From: Octopus bimaculoides
Lineage: Eukaryota
Assembly: GCF_001194135.2 (NCBI RefSeq)
Contig: NC_068983.1
Span: 121,281,290-121,345,289, forward strand
Length of the DNA: 64,000 bases
Reading direction: 5' to 3'
Shown: one piece after another, positions 41,761 to 54,920 of the stretch
Layout of the letters: each line of letters opens with the position of its first letter
How positions within the stretch are numbered: the stretch's first letter is position 1
Made by a program: the position numbers and the translations under genes
The notes under the pieces: model-generated
What the model saw: only the letters and a program-made list of their open reading frames with translations
What the model was told of the DNA's origin: nothing
Database searches by the model: none

Positions 41761-43689
41761 ATATTAGAAACCCAGTAAAAAATCATGGTCATTGCTTTTC
41801 TTCATAATTGATACTATTTTGCCTTTTTTAAGTTATCTAATTTTTTACAGCAAGCCAGAGCAACAGCATCCTTGATTAAACTCCTCATATACATTTGCTT
41901 TATTGTAACTTATTGGATCAGTTTGGTAATCTATCAAGTGATGACACACTTTGTACACTATATTTAAGTTTAAATTTGTTCATGTCTGTAACATGCATAA
42001 ACTATATGTTTGAAACTAGAAACAATTGTGCACAACTATTAGCATTCATTCAATGTTTTAACAGATTTTTCACAAACAGTTAGAGTGGATTTATGCCTAT
42101 TTAATAACATACACAGTTACAATACTTGCATATTGCAGTATTCTTGTTCTGCATAAATCACTTAAACTGATTTCCCAATGATTTGTCATCATTAGTTTTT
42201 CACTTTCCTTTTATGAAAAAGCATTAATATGGTTACATAATGGCTTACATAAGGGGCTGCTGCTATTATACTTAAAGAAACTTTTTGTTTTCTTTTTTTT
42301 TTTTTTACCTAATCAAAGCAGAGAATTTACTGAATACAAATAGGTAGGGCTTTAAAAAAGAAACAAAATAGATATAGACAAAAAACCTCTTACCCATTTT
42401 TTTTTTTTTTTGCTTTCCACTCAATTTAATTGCAAATTGAAGATGGCAGCATAAATACCATGACAGAGTGTGTCAAACTAAGAATATGCATTTTCTTTTA
42501 AATAAAACCATGTTTGAAAACGATGAAATTTTTTGCACCTATTGAAAACATCCTAGCAAGATACACTATCAAGAACACATGTTATGTATGTCTTCATAAA
42601 TAAACTAATTTAACCTAACTTAACCTAGCATAATGGTACTTTGGGTTAGGCCAGTTAAGGTTAGATTAGTTTGTTTATGAAAATATACAAAATATTTACA
42701 TTATAAATACATTTCTCAATATTAATAGCAGCTGCAATAATAGCCTACATCTGAACATATCATATGCCAAATGCACAACTGCAGAACATCCAAAAGTTTT
42801 TTTTTGTTTTTTGTTTGTTTTTCTTTTCTTATAAAATCCATATCAGCTGATGTACTTCAATTAGAAAAATTAAGTTTTTCTTTTTCTCTTGCTATAATAA
42901 TGCTGATATAATGCACTGTAAATGTGACAGTAACTAATAATTCAAATCAGTTCTTATTCAGAAGTACTGTACTTCTAGATTGGCTGGAGAACCAAATCTT
43001 GCTTATATATTCCATTTTTGGCATTGTTACTATGGCTGGATACCCTTCTTAACACCAAGTACTTTACAGAGTGAACTATGTACACTTTATCATGGCAGAA
43101 GCACTAGAGAGGTTATCACCTTGACAAAATTCTACCCTACATTGTCTCCACCCGATTTAGAATAGAGAGGACTAACCTATTAGAAACTGAAAAACTAAAA
43201 TTAAAATTATATTCACCAAGCATTATTTATTCATTTACTACAAGCTGAACAATAAAGACACGTTCTCCCCAGCCCCCTGCCCCCAATCCATGCTAATCCT
43301 AATGTGCTCATAATTTATATTGTGAATTTTAAACAAAAACAAAAAATAATAGTTAATTGTAATTATTAAACCTTAATTATAGTTTGCTGACAAATGGTTT
43401 GTACATAGAACTAGTGGTTTCAGAAATATTGATTTGAATTTAAACAAGGCCTTAAATCAGATATGATTCAAACAATTTTGGATATCTGATTAATTAGAAT
43501 TTTGACTGGACACGCAGGCTAAGAGAGGTCGCAAGTTTCCAAATCATATGCCCAGGCTCTGATGTAAGAATCTAGTTTTTAAGATATTGGCACTACAAGG
43601 CTGATCATATCAAGGGAAAATATGACATTGTTTGAGGTAGATCCAGCTGGTTTCCTTGAATGTTTCCTGAACCAGAGACAAAGAGACAA

Positions 43690-43998
43690 TCGATGCGGTG
43701 AAAACACCCCTCCTCACTTGCTCCAAAGAAGGCCAAGGTTGTTTTATCTACAGGGAAAGTGAAGACCAAACAACTAGGATCACTAAAAAGAGGGCTCTTA
43801 TTTCAACAGGACAATGCTCCAGTACACAAGCCTTTGGTTTCAATGGTTGCTGCGTACGACTGTGTCATTGAACTGGTTAATCAACCTCCCTATTTTCTTG
43901 TTTTGGCCCCATATGGCTATTGTCAGTTTCCTAACATGAGAAAAAACACTCCATGAGAATATATTAGACAGCCAATGAACTTTTCAGTTGCATTTGTA
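43690..43998 (+). mobile_element. Decayed, deleted mariner 3' remnant
   Basis: LLFQQDNAPVH and QPPYFLVLAPYGY (YSPDLAP-like); TIR-like end whose reverse complement is tacaaatgcaactgaaaagttc. Confidence 0.75.
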
Positions 43999-44228
43999 TT
44001 ATTATGTGAGGATGACATTAAATGCTGTGAGGATTAGTTTTTAAAACAACTTTGAATATAACCACATTAACTGTGTTAAATCAACACTCAATTTTTCTCA
44101 GTTTGGTAAGACCAAAGTAAATTTTTAAAATTGTGTGCACTGCATTTTTTTCTGTCAATATCAAAACAATAAACTATAAAAAAGAAGTACTCACACACAG
44201 ATCAATTTATGTATATACCTGCAAACAT

Positions 44229-44614
44229 GTTGTTGTTGGCACTCCGTCGCTTACGATGTCGAGGGTTCCAGTTGATCCAATCAACTGAACAGCCTGCTCG
44301 TGAAATTAACGTGCAAGTGGCTGAGCACTCCACTGACACGTGTACCCTTAACGCAATTCTTGGGGATATTCAGCGTGACACAGTGTGACAAGGCTGACCC
44401 TTTGAATTACAGGCACAACAGAAACAGGAAGTAAGAGTGAGAGAAAGTTGTGGTGAAAGAGTACAGCAGGGTTCGCCACCATCCCCTGCCGGAGCCTCGT
44501 GGTGCTTTAGGTGTTTTCGCTCAATAAACACTCACAACGCCCGGTCTGGGAATCAAAACCGCGATCCTATGACCGCAAGTCCGCTGTCCTAACCACTGGG
44601 CCATTGCGCCTCCA
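44229..44614 (-). mobile_element. SINE family A
   Basis: Full-length copy; TSD ctgcaaacat at 44219-44228 and 44618-44627; about 60 bp from the 264-nt exon donor. Confidence 0.93.
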
Positions 44615-44673
44615 CATCTGCAAACATATATACACAAACACATACATACACAGAAGACAAAAAATTGACTTAC

Positions 44674-44937
44674 CTGTCACGAAGCCTCTTAGCAAAACCA
44701 AAATCAGTAATTTTCATATGGCCTTCATAATCTAAGAGGAGATTTTCTGGTTTCAAATCTCTGTAGACAATTAATTTACTATGGAGATAGTCTATTGCTG
44801 AGATCAGTTCACAGGCAAAAAAGTTAGCCCAAGCACTGTTGAAAAACCCAGACTTTCGCAGATAAGAGAACAGTTCACCACCAGGTACATATTCGAGTAG
44901 CATATAAAGAAAATTCTGATCGTGGTAAGACCATGAC
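44674..44937 (-). CDS. PRKX: PRKX/Pka-C3-like kinase, internal coding exon (hinge, catalytic loop, DFG), 264 nt
   Basis: Reads [30 protein letters not shown]...[31 protein letters not shown]. Acceptor ttttatttttcag at 44938 and donor gtaagt at 44673; phase 2/2. Confidence 0.96.
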
Positions 44938-45407
44938 CTGAAAAATAAAATATGACATATATGAATGTGTGTGTGTGTGTATGTGTGAGAGAGAGAGAGA
45001 GAGAGAGAGAAACAGTGTGTGTAAGAGAGAGAGGAGGGGAGAGTGTGTGTGCATTTTATTTTTTGTCCAAAGAAGAAGAGCACTATGCGTATGTATGTTC
45101 AAAGGAGAGGAACTGTATGTGCCTATGTTTGCATGTAGGTTTTATTGTTTGGTTCAAATAAGAATGGTAACATGTATATCATCATCATCATCATCGACAT
45201 CATCATTATCATCATCATCATCATTGTTTTAATCTCCACTTTTCCATGCCCACAAGGGTTGGGCAGATTTTCTGTTACCAGATGCCCTTCCTGTTTCCAA
45301 TCTACATCTGTTCCCATTCAAGGTAATATTTTTTCTAGACTAGACATATCTTGGAAGATTGAAAACCAAGGTAACTGAACAGTAGCATTCACTTTCAACT
45401 ATTACAC

Positions 45408-46611
45408 TATGAAGTGGTATCAAAAAGTTCCCAAAATAGTTCTGTAACATACCAAGAGATGGCAGCACACGGTTGCATGTGCAGTGAGAGCTAGCAGTGA
45501 GAGCTAGCAGTGACCTTCATGAGGCAGTGAGCTGAGTGACATTGCTGTGTTTACTTCACAAGTTGTGAAATTTGTGTTTTTGTGATCATGTGTATGCTGT
45601 AGACTGCGATTTTTGACATGGACAGGAAGTTGGAATAAAGAACCAATGTGAAATGTTGCGTTAAACTAGAGAAGTCTGCCACAGAGACATTGAGCATGCT
45701 TTGGCAAGCTTATGGAGACAAGGCAATATTTGTATGCAATATTTTGAGTGGCATTAGTGCTTCAAAAGTGGCACAACAGAGCAGCAGCTCAATCAAAAGC
45801 ATGCTCATCGTTTCTTTCAACATCTGTGGTATGTGCATCAAGGATTTGTCCCCCAGGGCCAAACCATCAATCAAGAGTTCTACTGTGATGTTTTGAAATG
45901 TTTGATGGAGGATGTTTGGCAAAAGCAACTGGATCTGTGGAGCATGAAAAATTGGATTTTTCATGATAACAATGCACCCTGTTACTGAGCTCTCCTCACT
46001 CGCGAGTTTCTTGCCAAAAGCAACATGGTATCACTTCTGCACCTGCCCAATTCGCTAGATTTAGCACCTGTGAGCTTCCATCTCTTCCCCAAAATGAAAA
46101 TTCAGCTCAAAGGTTGCTGTTTTAACACCATTGTTGAGATCAAGAGTGAATTGCAGAAGGTCCTTGACTCGCTTACAGAAAACAACTTCCAGACCAAATT
46201 CCAAAAGTGGCAGGAATGCTCGGACTGATGTATTGCTGCGCAAGGTGACTATTTCAAGGGATATTGTTATATGGACTGTTAGATTTGTTTGTTGTTCGTC
46301 TGAAGTCCCATATTTCAATATAGTTCATTTGAGGTCCCTGTTTCGTTGTTTTGTGTGACTGTCGAGGTTAAATGTTATTGAGATATATGGCGAGGACAAC
46401 ATTCTTGTTTCTTGATAACTAACAATTCGGTGAGTGAGTTCTTTGTTTATAGTTAATAAATAAATGTGATAACCAAATAGTACGACTTGTTGTGTTTTCT
46501 CTACGAGTCCCCCGAGAGGAATACAACAGATATGATGTTAAAACTTAGGAAAATAAGTTATTTTTTTTATTAAACAAAACTAGTCCAGGAATTTTTTGAC
46601 ACCACCTCGTA
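45408..46611 (+). mobile_element. Mariner transposon, internally deleted, both TIRs present, interrupted by a solo LTR
   Basis: TIRs tatgaagtggtatcaaaaagttcc (45408) and the reverse complement tacgaggtggtgtcaaaaaattcc (46611). Remnant motifs KSATETLSMLWQAYG, FHDNNAP and SLDLAPVSFHLFPKMK. Confidence 0.9.
46265..46528. mobile_element. Solo LTR (264 bp) with a 5-bp target-site duplication
   Basis: Begins TGTT and ends AACA, flanked on both sides by GATAT (46260-46264 and 46529-46533); internal AATAAA. Confidence 0.8.
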
Positions 46612-46866
46612 TGTCAAGAGAAAGAGACAGCAACACACACACACACACACACACACACTCATGATGTGTTCTTTCCAGTTTCCACCTACCAAATCCACTC
46701 ACAAAGCTTTGATCGGCCCTTAAAATATGTGCATATTTTATTGCTAAATTCAATGCCTAAGTGCAGTATGTGTGCTTGTCTACTTATGAATTTTATATTT
46801 TAGCCCAAGCAAGAGAGTGACTGTGTAGCTAGGTGTGTGTTTTATTGCTTGTATATTTGTGTGTGT

Positions 46867-46898
<32 letters not shown>

Positions 46899-47477
46899 CT
46901 ATCTATATATATATATATTTGTATATATATGTATATATGTATGTATATATGTATGTTAATGACTCCATTGTACTTAGTTAGGAGTGGGGAGGAGTAAGAA
47001 AGAGAGAGAGAGAGAGATTGCTTCATCCAACAGAGGGAGTTGTGTGTATGTTTGCACTAGTGTGTTTTATTACTTAGTTCAAGCATTGTGCATGTGTTTG
47101 TGTTCTATTGCTTTGTTCGTGAGAGAAGGGTAGTATGTGTATACGTCTATACGTTTGTTTGTTTGCATTTTCACTGCTTTGTTCAGAAGGTCGGTATGCA
47201 TGTTTAAGTATGTATCCTTGTGTGTGTAACTGTGTATGTGTATGTAATTTATTGCTTAGTTCATGAAAGAGGAACAAACAATGTTTATAAGTCTGTATGT
47301 TTGCATACGTGGTATGTTTTGCTTCTTCAAGGCAAAGAGGAGGGCAGTACATGTAGGACTATATATTTTGTATGTACAAATGTGTGTTTTAGTAATTAGC
47401 CTTTGCAGGTCCTCCTCTTGCATTAATGAGATTGATGTGGTTAATATTCAGTTTTGAGTTCAATAGGTTGCTACATA

Positions 47478-47693
47478 TACTCTCTCTTTACTCTTTTACT
47501 TGTTTCAGTCATTTGACTGCGGCCATGCTGGAGCACCGCCTTTAGTTGAGCAAATCGACCCCGGGACTTATTCTTTGTAAGCCTGGTACTTATTCTATCG
47601 ATCTCTTTTGCCGAACCGCTAAGTGACGGGGACGTAAACACACCAGCATTGGTTGTCAAGCAATGCTAGGGGGACAAACACAGACACACAAAT

Positions 47694-47745
<52 letters not shown>

Positions 47746-47905
47746 CGGGCTTCTTTCAGTTTCCGTCTACCAAATCCACTCACAAGGCTTTGGTCGGCCT
47801 GAGGCTATAGTAGAAGACACTTGCCCAAGATGCCACGCAGTGGGACTGAACCCGGAACCATGTGGTTGGTAAGCAAGCTACTTACCACACAGCCACTCCT
47901 GCGCC
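47478..47905 (-). mobile_element. SINE family B
   Basis: Reverse complement of 34067-34486 with high similarity. Confidence 0.92.
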
Positions 47906-48462
47906 TATATATAGAAATAGATAGGAAGAGTGTTCTGGAAGACAATATTTTCAGAGTAAGTGTTTCGGGGTGAGATTGTAGGGATGACAACATGAGAGAA
48001 ATGGGTGCATCAGATGATAAATGAGGGACTTCAGGGAGTTAAAATTACACCAGAATTGATATTTTTGTTGCTTCATTAATGATAAAATAATATACCAATT
48101 ATTTAGCTCCCGGCCAGCTCTAGTTCCCCACATCTGTGATAAATGTTCCAGTAGTGACCATTTCGTCTCTTTTTTTTATTATTATTCAGAATTACATTAT
48201 TCAATTTACTTTCTTTTTTTTTTTTTTTAGGACAGTAGGGCATGATTTGAAGGAAATTTCACTGCTATTTCTAGCAGGTTAATTTTGTTACATTGATCAA
48301 TTAAAAAGATGACTACTACAACCACCAATCACTACTACCGCCACTGCTAACACCACCACTACTATCACCATTACCATCAACGCCCTTAGCATTACCACCA
48401 CCACCACTATCAACACCCTCCTTATCATTACTGCAGCCATTACCATTACTCACTCTCTAATT

Positions 48463-48518
<56 letters not shown>

Positions 48519-48601
48519 TATTTACACATACTAGAGTCATAGGTCATGTCATGTCTGTAACTCACAATCCATTAAGTTTTGCTGTGTGGGTGTGGGTGTG
48601 C

Positions 48602-48642
<41 letters not shown>

Positions 48643-49264
48643 CAGCAGCAGCGACAGTAGTAGCAACAGCATTTGTGCATGTCTGTGTGCATGTGTGTGT
48701 GTATGTACAATAGTATGTGTGTGCATATGTGAATGACTTATCTCGGGCAGTAACAAGTGTGTGTGCGTGTGTGTGTAAGCATGCACATGTGCATGTGTGT
48801 TTATAAGAAAGCATGTAGTTGTACCACCACCACCACCACCACTACCACCAGCAACCCTTCTTCAAGAGAGAATATTGTGGCAGTTGCTGTTGCCGGCTAA
48901 CCTGAACTGTCACTCAGTCTCTGTTGATTGTTTGCTTAAAGATGAAGGATTACGAATGTATTAGCGTGGCTTAGACTATTTTGCGATAAAGGAAGGTGTA
49001 CAGATGGTTGGACTCTAAAAAGTATTAAGCTGACCTGACATGTCATCCCTACCACCTCAATGTTTTTTTTACATCCTGAAAGGGGGGAGGGGGAGCTCAG
49101 TGGTGATAGAACAGGGCTTAAATTAAATAACAATACAGACACTAGACTACTTGGCACTGTTGTTAGTCATAGAAGAAGACCTAACTGCAGGTCATCATAT
49201 GAAGTGTCACACTAATGCTACTCCAAATATAAACAAACTTCACTGATAAACTAGTAATAGACTA

Positions 49265-49623
49265 GGCACCCAGTGGTTAGGGCAGCGGATTTGCGGTCAT
49301 AGGATCGCGGTTTCGATTCCCAGACCGGGCGTTGTGAGTGTTTATTGAGCGAAAACACCTAAAGCTTCAGGGGATGGTGGTGAACCATGCTGTACTCTTT
49401 CACCACAACTTTCTCTCATTCTTTCTTCCTGTTTCTGTTGTGCCTGTAATTCAAAGGGTCAGCCTTGTCACACTGTGTCACGCTGAATATCCCCGAGAAC
49501 TAAGTTAAGGGTACACGTGTCTGTGGAGTGCTCAGCCACTTGCACGTTAATTTCACGAGCAGGCTTTTCCGTTGATCGGATCAACTGGAACCCTCGACAT
49601 CGTAAGCGACGGAGTGCCAACAA
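49265..49623 (+). mobile_element. SINE family A, opposite orientation to the other young copies
   Basis: ggcacccagtggttagggcagcgg...cgtaagcgacggagtgccaacaa. Confidence 0.92.
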
Positions 49624-50133
49624 TAGCTGTTGTGTTGTACCTTTGGTAATTGTCTCCTTCCATAACCGGTTATGGTAAGACTCATGATCATAAGATTATG
49701 GTTTTGATTCCTGGACCGGGTGATGTAATATGTTCTTGAACAAAACACTTCATGTCATGTTTGTTGCTTCAGTCCACTCAGCAATGAGCAATGCTGCAAT
49801 GGACTAACATCCTGACCAGAGAGGAATACATATATGCCAGAGAAACCAGGAAACTGGTCCCTATGCTCCTTATGGAGTAATGTAGACTAACCATAACACT
49901 GTGCATGCATGTGTGTATGAGTGCATATCTTTCACTGATATCAGCAAAAGATGTATACATTAGTAAAAATTCCAATAGACCAGTACAGCCAAACAAAAAT
50001 AACTTGTATTCATTCCATGAGTCACTGATTTTCCTTATTGCTCTTATCATATTTAATGCTGAGAACTAATGACTGTCCTATTGAAAGAGAGAAACCAGTG
50101 ATACTATATTAAAACAAATAAGAAGAGTAGGTC

Positions 50134-50525
50134 CAGGGCTAAATTTATGTATGGGCCAATATGGGCCACAGCACCAAGCATTAGGAACCTCTTTAACTCA
50201 GAGAAGCCTAACACTTAGAGTTAAAAAATTTTAAATATACTTTCAGCAATGGAATAAATAATTAATGATCTTTTTTTACTTACTTAAAATTTCTTTTTGT
50301 TCCAACAGAGTTCTTTTGATATTTACTGGACCCTTTTAGATTTCAAAAGGCCATTGAATTTAATTGTCTTTCTAAATCTACCAAAACGTTTAAGTTTTGG
50401 GGCCTCTTTAAATTGTTTGGGTCCCATAGATTTAATAAGGGCCTCTTTATAATCTTAAACTTTGAATTACTAAAACTGTAGTGGCCCTAAAATATACCGA
50501 CCCACTAAGTCTAAATCAGGCCCTG
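50134..50525. mobile_element. Probable hAT-type MITE
   Basis: Imperfect TIRs cagggctaaattta / reverse complement cagggcctgattta; TSD only partly preserved. Confidence 0.55.
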
Positions 50526-51492
50526 TATGGGTCATCTCAGATCAAACGGACCAAACTGACCATGCATCTGCCTGAATGGAGATTATAGTGTATCTCTGAC
50601 ATGCAAAGGCTTATTTAGTGCAACATGGTGTTAAGGATGTGTGTGTGATAGCATAGCAGTATGTGTAGGTTGTGTATGATGTAGTGGAATGTCATGAACA
50701 TATGTAGAGTAGAGTACAGTATGACAGACTGCGTATGTATATAGAGTAAAGTATGACAGCTGGAATATGTTGTATGTATTAATTAGGATATATATGTTGC
50801 ATGGTTGGTCTCATGGGCATCTTGCATTTCCTACATTGTCCAGTCTGTAGGTGTTAGTGTAGGCGGCAACAATGGAGTAGGATAAAGTGGAAATGAGTGG
50901 AGCATGACAGTTGCTGTTCTGATTCAACTGTTCGCTAAACATATTAGAAAATTAGTATAATTATTGTCAAGTACTAAAATCATTCAATGCAGTGAGCATG
51001 GAATATTTAATTAAAAAATAATTATCCACTGAGAAAGGAGTACAGGCATGGTTGTGTGATTAAGAAGTTCACTTTGCAACCATGCAGTTTTGGGTTTGGT
51101 CACACTGCATGGCACTTTGGGTAAGTGACTTCTATTATAGCCCTGGGTCAACCAATACCTTATGAATGAATTTGATAGAGGGAAATTGTGTGCAAGCCTG
51201 TTATTTATCTATGTATGTGTGTTTGTGTCTGCCCCCTCATCATTGCTTGATATTTGGTTTGCGATGGCTTGCTTATACCTTCATAACTTAGCTGTTTGCC
51301 AAAAGAGACTGACAGAATAAGTACCAGACTTTCAAAAATAAGCACTGGGGTCAATTTGCTTGACTAAACCCTACAAGGTAGTACTCCCAGCATGGCTGCA
51401 GTCCAATGACAAACAAATAAAAGATACAAAAAAAAAACAAATAAAAGAAATAGGAAAACAACTATCATTATTTTAATCATTTTTGAAAGTTT

Positions 51493-51778
51493 TATAATGT
51501 GATTTCTGTATATATCACCTTAGTGTTGTGGACTAATACAGTGTGGTATATAGTACCACAGAACGGGGTAAATACCAACTGTCCCCACTTGATGTATTCC
51601 CAAATACCCTGCCAACAAATGTAACCAATCCAAAACAACTCTCAACGAACTATAACAACTTCTCAACAATTTTCTGTAACTCCACGAACTCATGAACAAC
51701 ACCTTTCGACTTCCTGCGATTTCACATCTTTTGCTCTCAGTCAAACATGCTGCTACTTATATGATCCTTGCCATAACA
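51493..51778 (-). repeat. 3' LTR of the Gypsy element
   Basis: Diverged direct-repeat partner of 54289-54612, preceded by a polypurine tract. Confidence 0.88.
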
Positions 51779-52413
51779 TAACAATCTCTCCTTTTGAGAT
51801 TTGATGTCTGTAGGAAGTGCAATTTGTTTATTTAATTTTATTCTATTGTTTTTTCATCATTACTTCTCCCTTTTTTTTATTTTAATTTCTTCAGAAGTTT
51901 TAATACTTCTTTCACTTAGGAACTATTTCTCGTCATTCAGTTTGTTTACATTTTCTATTGCTGGTCCGCCTAGATTCAACCTCTTTTGGCATTGGAACAT
52001 TGAACAAGTCATAACAAACTTCCATTGATATTTCTTCTTTTTATCTGGTATGTCTAGTCTTCAGCTGGTTCAAATGTTGTTTGTGCTCTCCTATTTAACT
52101 TTTTATTATGTACATCATGCTGCCTATTCTTTGCATCACTACACCGTCCTCCCAACCTTGTCTTCCATTCTTATATATATTGAAATGAACTTTATCTCCC
52201 ACATTAAAATACTTTGTTGTGTTTCTTGGGTTTTCCCTATAAGTCTTTTTTGTTGGTAACAATTTATCAAAAATTGATTTTATCTCTCGATGGGCGACTT
52301 GTCTGAACAGGTGTTCAGGTTAGGTGTTACCCTCTAAACCCTTAAAAATTGAGTTTGTGTTGCATCATTGCCTAATTCATTTCCTAATTTTCTTAGTGCT
52401 CGCTTAAATGTGT

Positions 52414-54152
52414 CTATGAACCTTTCTGCTTGCCCATTTGATCTCGGGTAGTACAGCGGAGTAGAGATGTGATTGATTGCATACCACTCACAGAAATTTT
52501 TAATTCATACCATGAAAACTGCATTCCGTTACCCAATACTATGGTGTCTGGGACAAAAAGTTCATAAAGGAACCTTATTGTTACCTTCAAGGTTGGTTGA
52601 CTGCATTTACATATATCTGGCCACTTGGTATAACTGTCTACTATGATCAGATAATACACTTTGTTTACTGGTCCAGCAAAATCTATATGTAGCCTGGACC
52701 ACAGACTGTCTGTCTTAGGCCATGATTGGAATTTCACCTGTGGTGACTTTGTTGTGAGAGCACAACCTCTGCAGGATTTCACCAATTGTTCAATATCGCG
52801 GTCCATAGTAGGCCAATACACGTAACTTCTCATTACTGACTTCATTCTTGAAATCTCTGGGTGTACCATATGAAATTCACTTAATACATGCTTTTGTAGT
52901 GCAACTGGCACTACAACTCTTTGTGTGTACATCAACACATTATCACACAGAGAAAAATGGTTCACATTTGTGTTACATATATTCTTATTTTCCTTTACCT
53001 TCAACATTTCTTTCATCTTTGCAATGAATTTGTCATTCTCCGATTTTAATTTTTTACCTTGAACAATTCCTAGTAGCTCCCAAATGACATTACACAAAAA
53101 TGTTTTTTATTTCATTTTCCGCTCACATGAAGCAATCATGGTATCTTTGAATAGTTCCATATTTTTTAACACAAATACTTTTGCTTCACAGGTTTTACCA
53201 TGAAATGTAATACTGCTTACTATTTCACCTAAGAACTGTGATCTTTCTCCTGTGACACCATGTGCACTTTTCAATGTTTTCTTTAATGTAGGTTTCCCAA
53301 TTTTCTTCCATGTGTTGCTATCAATAACTGTAATGTTGCTACCTGTGTCTAGTTGCAGTTTCACATTCACATTGTTTATTTTTACACATACATACTTTCT
53401 TTTTTGGGTATCATCATGACTTTCCATTGAGCAAACCTTTTTAGAAAAAAGTTTTTTTTCCGACCTTTTTTGCTTAGCTATGAAGTGCAAGCTTTTAAGT
53501 CTTATTTTTTGACAACTAAAACATTTCCAAGATTTAAATGGACAGTCATTCTTAAAATGCAGACCTCCACACCCATAACATGGATTTGGTCGTAACATTC
53601 TTTTATCTTTATTTATACCCAGTTGACATGTCTGTACTTGAGAGAAATATTTTTCTTCAATTTTCTTTACGTCCTGTTGCAAGTTGATAATTCTTTGACA
53701 TTCCTCTGGCCCTCTTGTTCTAGTTTTGTAAGAATCCGTGCATGTATTTCTGCATCTTTGTTTGCTGTCAAACTTTGCACAAAGACAAGGCATTGAAACA
53801 TGTCTGGAGATAATTCCTTCAGTTTAGATATTTTGCACATTTTATTTACGATTGTGGTATAACTGACCAAATCTTCATCCTCTTCTTTTACTAAGTTCAA
53901 ACACTCCCAGCAAGTGTTAAACAGGGAACTCTTATCACTGAACATTTTGGATAGCAATCCAACTATTTCCTCGAAGCGAATTTCACTTATTTTCTTTTTG
54001 GGCAAAATTAAATTGCAGTATTTTCCATGATCTGGGTAATAACTAAATTCAGTTATAGCATTTGCTATACCATCTGGCAAAAGCAAACTTGCGGTATTTC
54101 CCGGCTTCAGCATCAGTTCCAGCAACTGATTGTGTTGTAGGTATTGGTGCAA
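52414..54152 (-). pseudogene. Frameshifted gag-protease-integrase remnants
   Basis: Zinc knuckle CYGCGGLHFKNDC; aspartic protease LQLDTGSNITVID; integrase Zn-binding H..HP..SRMKS..RSYVYWP..C..C and core WSRLHIDFAGP..IIVDSYTKWP, split over three frames. Confidence 0.9.
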
Positions 54153-54288
54153 CTCCTGTTACTGTTGTTGTTGTTGCTTTTGTAACTGTAATATGTCAGT
54201 TAATAAGGTCTTCTATGATTAACAAATTTTTTTTATCATAAAAATTGTTAATGACCAACATAAGCTTTGAATCACTCATTGCCACTTT

Positions 54289-54612
54289 TATAACATGGTT
54301 TCTGTATATGTCAGCTTAGTGTTGTACACTAATAACAGTGTAATATACAATACCACGGAACGGAGTAGACACCAACTATCTCCACTTGATGTATTTCCAA
54401 ATACTCAGCCAACAACTGTAACCAATCCAAAACAACTCTCAACAAACTATAGCAACTTCTCAACAATTTTCTGCAACTCCACGAACTCACAAACAACACC
54501 TTTTGACTTCCTGTAATTTCTCATCTCTCACTCTCAGTCAAACATGCTACATCTTATATATGAGATTGGCTAGTCCATTCTCACAGGGGGTGTCATGATT
54601 CTCGCCATAACA
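54289..54612 (-). repeat. 5' LTR of the Gypsy element
   Basis: Aligns by eye with 51493-51778 but carries an extra ~40-bp segment; followed by the PBS. Confidence 0.88.
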
Positions 54613-54920
54613 GAGGTTTGTAAGAAAGCTCTGAACATTTTTTAGTCATATAAGATCTCTTCAGAAAAGTACAGACATCACAGTACATGCTGAAATAATG
54701 ATGAAAGAATCACTCAATAGATGTTTGAGATTTATACATAAGTATGAAAGTTAGCTTATCTACTAAGTCATTTTCTAATAAAAATTTCAGTAGGTACAGT
54801 GAGGTTTATGCTTTGCTGAAAAGATCTAAGACCAAAATACATCTGGAATTGTCTTCTGTGCTTAACAAAATGATTAAAATGTTATTTAATCACGTACCTA
54901 ATGGCTTTCCTCACTGCATG

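Larger units (their letters stand above)
51493..54612 (-). mobile_element. Ty3/Gypsy LTR retrotransposon, internally deleted (no RT), decayed
   Basis: Direct repeats at 51493-51778 and 54289-54612 start TGTTATGG on the minus strand. PBS-like TGGCAATGAG at 54285-54276, PPT AAAAGGAGAGA at 51795-51785, and gag, protease and integrase ORF remnants between them. Confidence 0.92.
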
